A stretch of DNA of 59,567 nt from Planctomycetota bacterium. GTDB taxonomy: Bacteria > Planctomycetota > Brocadiia > SM23-32. The notes under the pieces are model-generated. The model was not told where the DNA came from and searched no databases. It worked only from the letters and a program-made list of their open reading frames with translations. The stretch lies in the NCBI GenBank assembly GCA_021161675.1, contig JAGHAF010000107.1:1-59567 (forward strand). The letters are read 5' to 3'. The translations under genes were made by a program, and so were the position numbers. Positions 18,475 through 28,262 of this stretch are shown here, piece by piece. Position 1 is the first letter of the stretch. The number at the start of each line of letters is the position of its first letter.

Positions 18475-19269
18475 ATGAGTGACGAAAACGTGTTTCTCGA
18501 CGCTGAATATGCGCGGTTCTACGACTGGATGTGCGCCGCGCAGGAAGACGACATCCCGTTCTACCAACGTCAGGCGCAGCGCACGGGCGGGCCCATACTG
18601 GAGGTGGGTTGTGGGTCGGGCCGCCTCGCTATCCCCCTGGCCCGCGCCGGCTTCGAGGTGGTCGGGCTCGACTTCTCCGAGCAGATGCTCCAACATGCGC
18701 GGGACCGGGTGGCCCGGGAGCCCCCCGATGTCCGCGGGCGAATCACCCTCGTGCGAGGAGACATGCGAGAGTTCGACCTCGGACGCCAGTTCGGCAGTGT
18801 TTTTGTGCCCAATAGCTCCATATTCCACGTGGAGAGCCGTTACTCGCTAAGTCCCTGCTTCCGCGCGCTTTTCCACCATACCCGCCCCGGAGGGCGGACG
18901 GTCCTCGACTGCGTCGCGCCCGAACGTATGGCGAATCGTCAGGTTGGCGAAGTGAAAACTGTGCGCCGCGCGGTGAACCCGCAGACGGGGCTCGACACCG
19001 TGGAACTGAGCAGATGCGTGAGCATCAATTGGGTCACCCAGGTCGCGCTGATCGAACATACCTTCGTGGAGACAGATGACGAAGAAGAAAAGAAACACAC
19101 CTTCCGGCAGGAGTATCGCTGGCTGGACGAACAGGAGGGCGTGGAACTGCTGCGGCACGTGGATTTCCCGGAGGTGGAAACGCTCGGCGATTTCGATGGA
19201 AGCGGCTATACAGAGGACTCGCCCCGGCTGATACTGCTGGCCCACAGGCTGGAGCGGGACATACGCTGA
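18475..19269 (+). CDS. Class I SAM-dependent methyltransferase
   Basis: Motif I ILEVGCGSGRLAIPLARAGFEVVGLDFSEQML; 264 aa; starts 8 nt after the preceding ORF. Confidence 0.85.
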   Translation: MSDENVFLDAEYARFYDWMCAAQEDDIPFYQRQAQRTGGPILEVGCGSGRLAIPLARAGFEVVGLDFSEQMLQHARDRVAREPPDVRGRITLVRGDMREFDLGRQFGSVFVPNSSIFHVESRYSLSPCFRALFHHTRPGGRTVLDCVAPERMANRQVGEVKTVRRAVNPQTGLDTVELSRCVSINWVTQVALIEHTFVETDDEEEKKHTFRQEYRWLDEQEGVELLRHVDFPEVETLGDFDGSGYTEDSPRLILLAHRLERDIR

Positions 19270-19329
19270 GCCGTCGGCGCTCGCTGCGCGATGCGGTTCC
19301 TATTTCGCGGCGAACGGGCGCATAGCCTC

Positions 19330-19359
19330 TTGACAGAACGTGCCACGGCAGTGTAGACT
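19330..19359 (+). promoter_or_regulatory. Sigma-70-type promoter for the kinase gene
   Basis: TTGACA (19330-19335), 18-nt spacer, TAGACT (19354-19359). Confidence 0.45.
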
Positions 19360-19431
19360 CAAAGCGGCTTGCTCCCGGAGAAGCGCAGCGTGGGGCCTGG
19401 GCTTCCCCCAAAAGGCCAAGGGAGGGAGAAG

Positions 19432-20970
19432 ATGGCTCTGCCGCAGGAAACGCGCTGGGCGCGGCTCTCGGTCGCTCGCAAACTTCTCACTCGCGAGCAG
19501 CTCGACGCATGTTACCAGTTCCAGGCCGAGAAGCAGGAAAAAGGCTCCAAGCTACCTCTCTGGGACTGCGCGGTCTTGCAGCGCCTGCTCAACCAGAACG
19601 AGGCAGAGCAACTCCAAGACGAAGCGGGCGACGTTAACGCCGAGAAGCTGGGGGATTTCAGCCTCGTGCGCAAGTTGGGCAAGGGCGGAATGGGGGCTGT
19701 GTATCTCGGCGTCGGGCCGGATAAGCAACGCGCAGCCATCAAAGTGCTCGAGCAGCAACTGGCCAAGCAACGCAGTTTCCTGACCCGCTTCTTCCGCGAG
19801 GGAGAGGCCTCTATGAAGCTGGAGCACGAGAATATCGTGCGTGGGCTCGACATCGGTGAGGACGGGGGATACTACTTCTTCGCCATGGAGTACGTCGAGG
19901 GCAAGAGTGTCGCACAGCTCATCAACCAGGTGGGCTCCATAGCCTGGGAGCAAGGCACCCGGATCGTTCTGAAGGTGGCCGAAGCGCTTGCCTATGCGCA
20001 CGCCAACGGCCTGATCCACCGTGATATCAAACCGGAGAACATCATGGTGGCGCCTGGTGGCGTGGTGAAACTGATGGACCTTGGACTGGCCCGCCAGATG
20101 GACCTGGAAGTGACCAGGCTGACCCAGACCGGCACCGCCATGGGCACACCGTACTACATGGCGCCGGAACAGATTAAGGACGCCAAACGCGCCGACGAGC
20201 GCAGCGACATATATTCCCTCGGGGCTACCTGGTACCACATAGTCACCGGACAGGTGCCTTTCACGGGTGACACCTCTTACGAGGTGTTCCAGAAACACAT
20301 GAAAGAGATCGTCCGATCACCCCAGGCCGTGCGCGCCGACGTGCCCCGGGCGGTCTCAATAGTTATCGAGCGTATGCTCTCCAAGGAACCCGCCCGCCGG
20401 ATGCAAAGCGCCGAGGAATTGTGCGAGATCATCCGGTCCAAGTGCCTCGGCCCGCGCGACCTGCGCAAGGAATTGCAACTGGACGAAGTCCACGCGGACA
20501 AGCCAGAGTGGGAAGTGAAAATCATGGTGGCGGGCAACGAGGAGCGCAGGCGGCTCTCTCGCGCCGAGGTGCCCAAGCGCGTCAGGGCAAAAACGCTGAC
20601 CCGGGAGACGCCGACGCGGCGAATTGGGGATCACGGGCCATATCGGCCTGCACGGATGTTCCCGGACCTGGAGCGCCTTCTTCCATCCGATCGGCCTACG
20701 GTTGCGGCAGGACCTGCGCCCACCGGACCCCAGGTTCGCCGGACTAAGACGCGCCCGCCGGCAGGAAGCCAAAAACCCGGCGGCAGCATGCTCCACACCA
20801 TGATCCAGGACTACGACAAGGAAGAAAAGGCCTACCGCAAGAAGAAACGGATGGAGAAGTTGGCGCCCCTCCTTATCAAGTGCGCCATCCTGGCGGCCCT
20901 GGTTTTTCTCGCCCTCTGGTTCTGGCCGAAGATTTGGGGATTTCTTTCGGGGCTGATAGGCCCGTCCTGA
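19432..20970 (+). CDS. Ser/Thr protein kinase (Hanks type) with a C-terminal TM anchor
   Basis: LGKGGMGAVYLG, AAIKVL, HRDIKPENIMV, DLGLA, YYMAPE. C-terminal TM: LLIKCAILAALVFLALWFW. The ATG at 19432 is preceded by GGGAGGGAG; the track ORF starts at 19369. Confidence 0.87.
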   Translation: MALPQETRWARLSVARKLLTREQLDACYQFQAEKQEKGSKLPLWDCAVLQRLLNQNEAEQLQDEAGDVNAEKLGDFSLVRKLGKGGMGAVYLGVGPDKQRAAIKVLEQQLAKQRSFLTRFFREGEASMKLEHENIVRGLDIGEDGGYYFFAMEYVEGKSVAQLINQVGSIAWEQGTRIVLKVAEALAYAHANGLIHRDIKPENIMVAPGGVVKLMDLGLARQMDLEVTRLTQTGTAMGTPYYMAPEQIKDAKRADERSDIYSLGATWYHIVTGQVPFTGDTSYEVFQKHMKEIVRSPQAVRADVPRAVSIVIERMLSKEPARRMQSAEELCEIIRSKCLGPRDLRKELQLDEVHADKPEWEVKIMVAGNEERRRLSRAEVPKRVRAKTLTRETPTRRIGDHGPYRPARMFPDLERLLPSDRPTVAAGPAPTGPQVRRTKTRPPAGSQKPGGSMLHTMIQDYDKEEKAYRKKKRMEKLAPLLIKCAILAALVFLALWFWPKIWGFLSGLIGPS

Positions 20971-21080
20971 TCTGATCGCCCTCCGCCCGCCGTTCATGCG
21001 CTTCTCGGGGGGCCTCTTCGCACGTCTCCTCGCGCTCTTCGCTGGAAATGGAGCGCTGAAAGGCTATAATCACTATTCTC

Positions 21081-21155
21081 GCCAGCGTAGCTCAACGGTA
21101 GAGCACGGCTTTCGTAAAGCCGGGGTTGAGGGTTCGATCCCCTCCGCTGGCTCCA
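21081..21155 (+). tRNA. tRNA-Thr (anticodon CGU), CCA encoded
   Basis: Manual cloverleaf: acceptor stem GCCAGCG/CGCTGGC, D arm GCTC-AACGGTA-GAGC, anticodon arm CGGCT-TTCGTAA-AGCCG (anticodon CGT), T arm GAGGG-TTCGATC-CCCTC, discriminator T, then CCA. Confidence 0.92.
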
Positions 21156-21278
21156 TTTTTTCCCGTTCATGCATCTTGAGAAAGCGGCGTCTCGTCTTCC
21201 TCGCCGGCATGTATGACTTTATGCAACGCGCTTATAGAGCGCCGCGCGCCGAAAGTCAGCTCGGCAGGCCCGGGCTGT

Positions 21279-21308
21279 TTGTGCCCGAAGGCGGCGCGCA
21301 GGTATAAT
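21279..21308 (+). promoter_or_regulatory. Candidate promoter for mgtE
   Basis: TTGTGC, 18-nt spacer, TATAAT (21303-21308), about 50 nt upstream of the ATG. Confidence 0.3.
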
Positions 21309-21357
21309 CAGCGGCGATTCCCCGATTCCACAACCCCTCAGAACAGGTGGCGCTCGG

Positions 21358-22716
21358 ATGGGCGACTCGCAGGAAGAGAAAAGTCCGGCCAGTGCACTGG
21401 AAGCGTTGCGAGAGCGCCTCGAACAGGACGGCGTCTCCGCCAGCCGGGAACTGCTCGCGCGGGTGGAACCGGCGGACATAGCCGCGCTGCTGGCCGAACT
21501 CGATGCGGCGGAGCAGGTGGAGCTTTTCCGTGAGCTGGAGGTCGAGGTCCAGGCGGAAGTCCTGGGAGAGTTGGAGCGCCGGGACGTGCGTTCGCTGGCG
21601 GACGGCGCCGCCAAAAGCCTCAAAGCCGCGCTTCGAAAGATGGAACCCGATGAAGCGGTGGACGTGCTGGGGGCCCTCACGACCAAACACGCCGAGTCGC
21701 TGCTGGAAGAGCTGCCTCCCGATCAGGCCGCCGCCGCCGACATATTGCTGAAATACCCACCTGACAGCGCCGGCGGGCTGATGACCACCAGGTTCGTTCT
21801 TCTCGACGAGGGCATAACCGCCCGCGAGGCGATCGAGATCACCCAGCATAGCCGGGAAACGGAAACTGTCGCGCACCTTTTCGTCGCGGACGGTGACAAG
21901 CGCTTGCTGGGACATCTCTCGCTGGATCGCGTGGTGTTCGCCGCCCCGAACAGGCCCATAGCTGAGCTCTTGGAGGACTGTCCCCTTCGCGTGCGCCCGG
22001 AGACGGACCAGGAGGAACTTGTCCGCGCGGCGACCCGCTACGACCTGCACGTCATACCCGTCACTGACGAACAGGGCAGGATGATAGGCGTCGTGACAGT
22101 GGACGACATCCTTGAGGCCGCCGAGCACGAGACGGACGAGGACATGTATCGGATGGCCGGCACCGGGGAGCGGGACCCGGTGCACGCCAGCGCCGCCCGC
22201 AGCGCCCGGCTGCGGCTTCCCTGGCTGCTTCTGTCCGTCTTCGACGGCCTGCTCATGGCGTTCCTGGTCAGTCGGTTTACGGACGCGCTGAAGACCCAAG
22301 AACTGATATTCTTCATCCCCCTTATTCCCCTGATGGGTGGCCAGGTCGCCATCCAGGGCTCCACCATCGTGGTCCGCGCGCTGGCGCTCAATACGCTGCC
22401 CCGCACCAGGATGCTGCCATTCCTGAAGAAGCAACTGCTCATTACGCTTCTGCTTGCTGCGTGCTGTTCCCTGGCGACGGGGGTACTCGGGACGCTGTTA
22501 GTTGGCGCGCACTTTCAGATCATGCTGGCGGTCAGTCTGGCGGTGGCCGTGGCAATCGTTTTCGCCGGGATGCTCGGGATGATCTTCCCGTTTATTTTCA
22601 ACGCGATCGGGATCGATCCGGCGGTAAGCTCAGGGCCTTTCATCACGATGCTCAGCGACTTCTTTTGCGTCGGCATATACCTGACGCTGGGCGCCATGCT
22701 GGCCTCTCCGGTATAG
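21358..22716 (+). CDS. mgtE: Magnesium transporter MgtE
   Basis: 452 aa. N-terminal MgtE-N region, then a CBS pair (VIPVTDEQGRMIGVVTVDDIL), then a C-terminal 5-TM domain (GGQVAIQGSTIVVRAL..GPFITMLSDFFCVGIYL). Confidence 0.9.
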   Translation: MGDSQEEKSPASALEALRERLEQDGVSASRELLARVEPADIAALLAELDAAEQVELFRELEVEVQAEVLGELERRDVRSLADGAAKSLKAALRKMEPDEAVDVLGALTTKHAESLLEELPPDQAAAADILLKYPPDSAGGLMTTRFVLLDEGITAREAIEITQHSRETETVAHLFVADGDKRLLGHLSLDRVVFAAPNRPIAELLEDCPLRVRPETDQEELVRAATRYDLHVIPVTDEQGRMIGVVTVDDILEAAEHETDEDMYRMAGTGERDPVHASAARSARLRLPWLLLSVFDGLLMAFLVSRFTDALKTQELIFFIPLIPLMGGQVAIQGSTIVVRALALNTLPRTRMLPFLKKQLLITLLLAACCSLATGVLGTLLVGAHFQIMLAVSLAVAVAIVFAGMLGMIFPFIFNAIGIDPAVSSGPFITMLSDFFCVGIYLTLGAMLASPV

Positions 22717-22717
22717 C

Positions 22718-24511
22718 TCAGTCGCCCGTCTCGTCCCTGCGGACCAGGTTGATGAACGCCTGCCTGTCATGCATCTCGACGATGGCTTCCCTTTCACATA
22801 TGGCGACTATGCGCCGCTGGCCCTCTGCATCCCGGCAGACGGGCAAGCAGTCGTAGTCATAGTTGCCCATCGTCTCCCAGGCGGAAAGCAGGTTCTGCTG
22901 CGGCTCCAGGTCTACCGCTTCGGGCTCCAGCAGATCGCCGATCCGCACAACGGCGCCGCTCGTGGCCGGCTCCGCCTGAGACAAGCCGGCCGCCACGAGG
23001 CCGCCCAGCGTGACGATCCCGCGCAGGATTCCGTCTTCATCGGCAACGGGGAAAGTGCGGTTCTCGGACGTTTCCACCTGGTCGGCGGCCTCTTCGATGA
23101 GCATCTCCGGAGACAGCGCCACGAAGTTGCGGTCCATGATGTCTGCCACTTTCAGCCCCTTCAGAAGGGCAAAATCCATGCCCCTGTGCAGACGCCGGCC
23201 CTCCCGCGCCAGCCGGCGGCTGAAAGCCGACTCCGGCTCGAAAAGCTCCGAGACCTTCAGGCTGATCACACAGCCGATCATCAAGGGAAGAATCACGGAG
23301 TAGTTCTGACACAACTCGAACGTGACCAGGATCGCCTGCAAGGGCGCGCGCATAGTCGCTCCCATCACCGCCGCCATGCCAACCACCACGTAGGCCGACG
23401 TGGATGCGATCGGTAGGCCCAACTGCCCGGACAGGCTCCGGGCGAAGAAAGCCCCCAACGTTGCGCCGGTGAACAGCGCCGGCGCGAATACACCACCGCT
23501 CACCTTCGATCCGAGCGCCACCGAACAGAGCAGAGGCTTTAGCAGCGCCAACAGAAGCAGCAATCTGAGAGAATACTCGGGCTCCCGCAGCAGCTTCTGG
23601 ATCACGTCGTGCCCCGTGCCCAGCGCCTCCGGCCGCAGCCAGCCCACCAGGCCGACTGTCAGCCCTCCGAAAAGCGCCAGCGCGCGCCAATCGGACAGCA
23701 AGCGGCCCATCAAGTCCTCGGTCGCGAATATGAGCTTTATGAAATATACCGCGGCCAATCCGCAGACTACCCCCAGGACCGCGAACATCGCGTAGTCAAG
23801 CGCTCCGAAATGGAACTGCTCCGCAGCAATGGCATATTCGGCGACGTCTCCCAACACTGCGCGGCGGGTCAGCATAGCCGCGAACGAAGCGACGATTAGC
23901 GGCAGCAGGGCGGCCGTGGCGGCGCTGCCCAGGATCAGTTCCGCGCTGAAGACCGCTCCGCCGATGGGGGCGCCGTACTCGGCGGCCAGCCCCGCCGCCG
24001 CGCCCGCCGCCACGAGAACACGCAGATTCCCCACTCCCATCTTGAAATGGCGTCCCAGCGCGCTGCCCACGGCGGCGCCCGTCTGCACGACCGGGCCTTC
24101 CATGCCCAGCGGCGCGCCGACCCCGATGGACAGCGCGGTAGCCACAGTCTTCAGCGCGATCAGGCGCGCCCGAATATGCCCCGCGCCGCGTCCCACGGCA
24201 TCCATCACCCGGCCGATGCCCGATCCCGCCGCCTCGGGGGCCCAACGGCGCAGCAGGTAGGCGACCGCCAGGAAAACCGCCGCCGGCTCCAGCGCCAGGC
24301 GCCAGTCCAGGCCCGATGGCAGGGGCCCGTCGCCGGCGCCGATCCCGAAGAAAAGATGGACATTCAGAAAGCCTATGAGCCAATGGACCAGGAGAGCCAT
24401 CAGAGCCGCCGCCACGCCGATGATCGCGGCCAGCGCGATGGTCGTGGTCACGGCCGAGCTCTCGGCGCGGGGTGGGATGATCTTCCGCATCAACTGCCTG
24501 ACGCTCTCCAC
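22718..24511 (-). CDS. ClC-family chloride channel / H+-Cl- antiporter with a C-terminal CBS pair
   Basis: 597 aa with GSGIGRV, GMEGPVVQTGAA and GGVFAPALF selectivity-filter-like motifs and a CBS region (FPVADEDGILRGIVT). GTG start with GGAGG 6 nt upstream. Confidence 0.9.
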   Translation of the reverse strand: MESVRQLMRKIIPPRAESSAVTTTIALAAIIGVAAALMALLVHWLIGFLNVHLFFGIGAGDGPLPSGLDWRLALEPAAVFLAVAYLLRRWAPEAAGSGIGRVMDAVGRGAGHIRARLIALKTVATALSIGVGAPLGMEGPVVQTGAAVGSALGRHFKMGVGNLRVLVAAGAAAGLAAEYGAPIGGAVFSAELILGSAATAALLPLIVASFAAMLTRRAVLGDVAEYAIAAEQFHFGALDYAMFAVLGVVCGLAAVYFIKLIFATEDLMGRLLSDWRALALFGGLTVGLVGWLRPEALGTGHDVIQKLLREPEYSLRLLLLLALLKPLLCSVALGSKVSGGVFAPALFTGATLGAFFARSLSGQLGLPIASTSAYVVVGMAAVMGATMRAPLQAILVTFELCQNYSVILPLMIGCVISLKVSELFEPESAFSRRLAREGRRLHRGMDFALLKGLKVADIMDRNFVALSPEMLIEEAADQVETSENRTFPVADEDGILRGIVTLGGLVAAGLSQAEPATSGAVVRIGDLLEPEAVDLEPQQNLLSAWETMGNYDYDCLPVCRDAEGQRRIVAICEREAIVEMHDRQAFINLVRRDETGD

Positions 24512-24547
24512 CGCAGGCCTCCGACGAGAGATAAATGACCTGTGCGG

Positions 24548-24575
24548 ATTGTATCAGAACGAGAAAGGACGGCAA
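24548..24575 (-). promoter_or_regulatory. Candidate promoter for the ClC gene
   Basis: On the minus strand: TTGCCG (24570-24575), 16-nt spacer, TACAAT (24548-24553). Confidence 0.35.
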
Positions 24576-24613
24576 CAATCCTCCCGCCAGGGCGCGGCCC
24601 GGGCCGCTTCCAC

Positions 24614-24642
24614 TTGACAGCGCATCAGGCGGTAAATAGAGT
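24614..24642 (+). promoter_or_regulatory. Sigma-70-type promoter for the 24696 ORF
   Basis: TTGACA (24614-24619), 17-nt spacer, TAGAGT (24637-24642). Confidence 0.45.
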
Positions 24643-24695
24643 GCTCTGGTTCGTTTTCCCTCTGCATATTGACGTTCACTCAATGGAGGTCGAGG

Positions 24696-25535
24696 ATGGC
24701 TGACGGCAAGATGCCTGTTGGAGTGTGGGGCGGATGCACCCCTGAAGGGGCTAAAGCGCCCGCGGAACTCGGAATCACCACGGTGCAGCTCAGCGTGCCG
24801 TGGCCGGAGGCGCGCACGGAACAGAACGCCAGGATGGTCAGAGAAGCTTACGCAGAGGCCGGCGTTGACATCTCGATAGTGTTCTGTGGCTTCGAGGGGG
24901 AGAGTTACAAGACAATCCAAATAGTGCGCGAGACCGTGGGCCTGGTCCCCCCGGCCACCCACTTGGAGCGGGTCCAGGACGCCAAAGACATAGCTGATTT
25001 CGCGGCATGGGTCGGCGCTGAGGGCATTGGGATTCACATAGGCGCTGTGAGCGAGGATTGGGACTCCCCCGATTTCGCGCGGATCCTGGCGGATGTCAAA
25101 GAAGTTGCGGACCACTGCGCCGCTCGCGGCATAACCATGAACCTGGAAACCGGACAGGAAACCGCAAAGACGCTGCTGCACCTGCTGGAATCGGCCGGGC
25201 GGGACAACCTGTTTGTGAACTTCGATCCGGCCAACATGATCCTCTACGGCAGCGGAGAGCCCCTGGAGGCGCTCCGCCTGGTAGGCGACTACGTCAGGAG
25301 CTGCCACTGCAAAGACGCCGTCTGGAGCGACGACCCCGGCAACGTCTGGGGCGTGGAGACCCCCCTTGGAGAGGGCGACGTCAACATGCGCCAGTTCGTC
25401 GCCACCCTGGATGAGCTGGGCTACACGGCCCCGTTGACCATCGAGTGCGAGATATCCGGCGCAGACAAGGCCGGCCACATTACCAACGCAATCCAACTCC
25501 TCAAAGACATCAAGAAGGACCTCGGAATAGAATAA
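24696..25535 (+). CDS. Sugar phosphate isomerase/epimerase (xylose-isomerase-like TIM barrel)
   Basis: NLETGQE, VNFDPANMILYG, HCKD and LTIECE metal-site-like motifs of the AP-endonuclease-2/xylose-isomerase-like family. The ATG at 24696 has GGAGG upstream; the track ORF starts at a TTG at 24669. Confidence 0.75.
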   Translation: MADGKMPVGVWGGCTPEGAKAPAELGITTVQLSVPWPEARTEQNARMVREAYAEAGVDISIVFCGFEGESYKTIQIVRETVGLVPPATHLERVQDAKDIADFAAWVGAEGIGIHIGAVSEDWDSPDFARILADVKEVADHCAARGITMNLETGQETAKTLLHLLESAGRDNLFVNFDPANMILYGSGEPLEALRLVGDYVRSCHCKDAVWSDDPGNVWGVETPLGEGDVNMRQFVATLDELGYTAPLTIECEISGADKAGHITNAIQLLKDIKKDLGIE

Positions 25536-25570
25536 GGCGTAAGCGTTAACCGTCCCGCTCAGCGGGACTG

Positions 25571-25655
25571 AGCACGCAGAGACGCCGAAGGACGCAGAGA
25601 AAACATGGGGGAACAACCTTTCATCATCTCTTTGTCGTTCTCCGTGCCTGCGTGG
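25571..25655. repeat. Degenerate copy of the dispersed palindromic repeat family
   Basis: Purine arm gcacgcagagacgccgaaggacgcagagaaaac and pyrimidine arm cctttcatcatctctttgtcgttctccgtgcctgcgtg; the outer cacgcag/ctgcgtg are complementary. Confidence 0.45.
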
Positions 25656-25669
25656 TGAGAAGCGCCTGA

Positions 25670-27136
<1,467 letters not shown>

Positions 27137-27228
27137 ACGACAACGGGGGACTGTAGGCGGATAGGCGATAGGCACGACAACGGCGGCTTGACCTGCAGAC
27201 TGGCGTGAAACGCGCGTATGTTTGCGCG

Positions 27229-27257
27229 TTGACAGGTGATATCGGGCGATTTATAAT
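27229..27257 (+). promoter_or_regulatory. Perfect-consensus sigma-70 promoter, 177 nt upstream of hisA
   Basis: TTGACA (27229-27234), 17-nt spacer, TATAAT (27252-27257). Confidence 0.6.
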
Positions 27258-27434
27258 TCGCCCGGTTCCGACGGGCCGTCCTGGAGTAGTTCTTCGAGAG
27301 CATCGGCGCCGTCGAGCGGTTGCGTTCGAGCCCGAATCCCGGCAGATCACGCTTCCGACCGCAGGAATTCTCCTCTGTGCTCTTGGCGCGCGTGATTCCG
27401 ATTCCTGAATCTGAACTGGGAAACTCAGCCTATC

Positions 27435-28187
27435 ATGCTGCTGTATCCGGCCGTTGACATAGCCAAAGGCAGGTGCGTGCGGCTTCTGCAGGGCCGGCCG
27501 GAGGATGAGACGGTCTACTACGAGAACCCGGTGGAAGCCGCCTTGCACTGGGAGAAGCTCGGCGCCAGGGCGCTTCACGTCGTTGACCTGGACGGCGCTC
27601 TCGCCAGGGGTGACAACGCCGGCGCGGTCGAGCAGGTGCTGGCGCGATGCCGCGCGCCCGTGCAAGTGGCCGGGGGGCTGCGCAGCGCCCCGGCGGTGCG
27701 GCGCGTCCTCGATGCGGGCGCCACGCGGGCCGTGGTGGGCACGCGGGCCGCGAGGGATCCACAGTGGGCGCGAGAGTTGTGCGAGGAGTTCCCGGATCGC
27801 ATTGTGATCGCCATAGACGCCCGCGAGGGACGCGTTGCGGTGGAAGGATGGAAGGAGACCACGGACATGAGCCCCGTGGAATTGGCCGAGCAACTGGCCG
27901 AGAGCCGCCCGGCGGCGTTCCTTTACACGGACGTGATGCGCGACGGGATGCTCAGCCGCCCGCACTTCGAAGGGGTGGAGCGGCTGCTGGAGGCAAGCAG
28001 CGTCCCCGTGATTGCGTCGGGCGGGATATCGTGCCTGGATGACATTGCGCAACTTGGCCGGTGCGGGGCCGATGCGGCAGTGGTCGGCAAGGCATTGTAC
28101 GAGGGCGCGCTGGAACTTGGGGCGGCGCTGCGGATAGCCGCGGACCATCCATCAAGACTTCAGCCTTCACCTGTGAGCCTGTGTTGA
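27435..28187 (+). CDS. hisA: ProFAR isomerase HisA
   Basis: MLLYPAVDIAKGRCVRLLQG..HVVDLDGA..VQVAGGLRS..YTDVMRDGML..VIASGGIS..VVGKALYEG. Confidence 0.9.
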   Translation: MLLYPAVDIAKGRCVRLLQGRPEDETVYYENPVEAALHWEKLGARALHVVDLDGALARGDNAGAVEQVLARCRAPVQVAGGLRSAPAVRRVLDAGATRAVVGTRAARDPQWARELCEEFPDRIVIAIDAREGRVAVEGWKETTDMSPVELAEQLAESRPAAFLYTDVMRDGMLSRPHFEGVERLLEASSVPVIASGGISCLDDIAQLGRCGADAAVVGKALYEGALELGAALRIAADHPSRLQPSPVSLC

Positions 28188-28262
28188 GTTGTTGAGGGAC
28201 GCCGGCCTTAGCGACTCAGCAACCTAAGAACTTAGCAACCTGGCAACTATAGGAGATGATAA

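Noticed and set aside
20971-21357. Genomic island, integrase or att site adjacent to tRNA-Thr
   Set aside because: There is no integrase, recombinase or direct repeat of the tRNA 3' end in the flanks. The neighbouring genes (kinase, mgtE) look like core genes.
24512-24613. Fluoride riboswitch upstream of the ClC gene, and M-box riboswitch upstream of mgtE (21309-21357)
   Set aside because: The leaders between the predicted promoters and start codons are only about 30-50 nt, too short for either riboswitch. The ClC has CBS domains typical of ordinary ClC proteins rather than the short CLC-F type.
27205-27408. 67-aa ORF in the hisA leader
   Set aside because: It starts upstream of the consensus promoter that sits inside it, has Arg-rich composition and has no SD sequence. 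The region is better treated as an untranslated leader.
28188-28262. Reiterated agcaacct / ttgttgag motifs upstream of the EF-G paralog, considered as an operator or repeat-family copy
   Set aside because: The motifs are short and imperfect, occur only once in the window and do not share blocks with the main repeat family. There is not enough evidence to call a feature.
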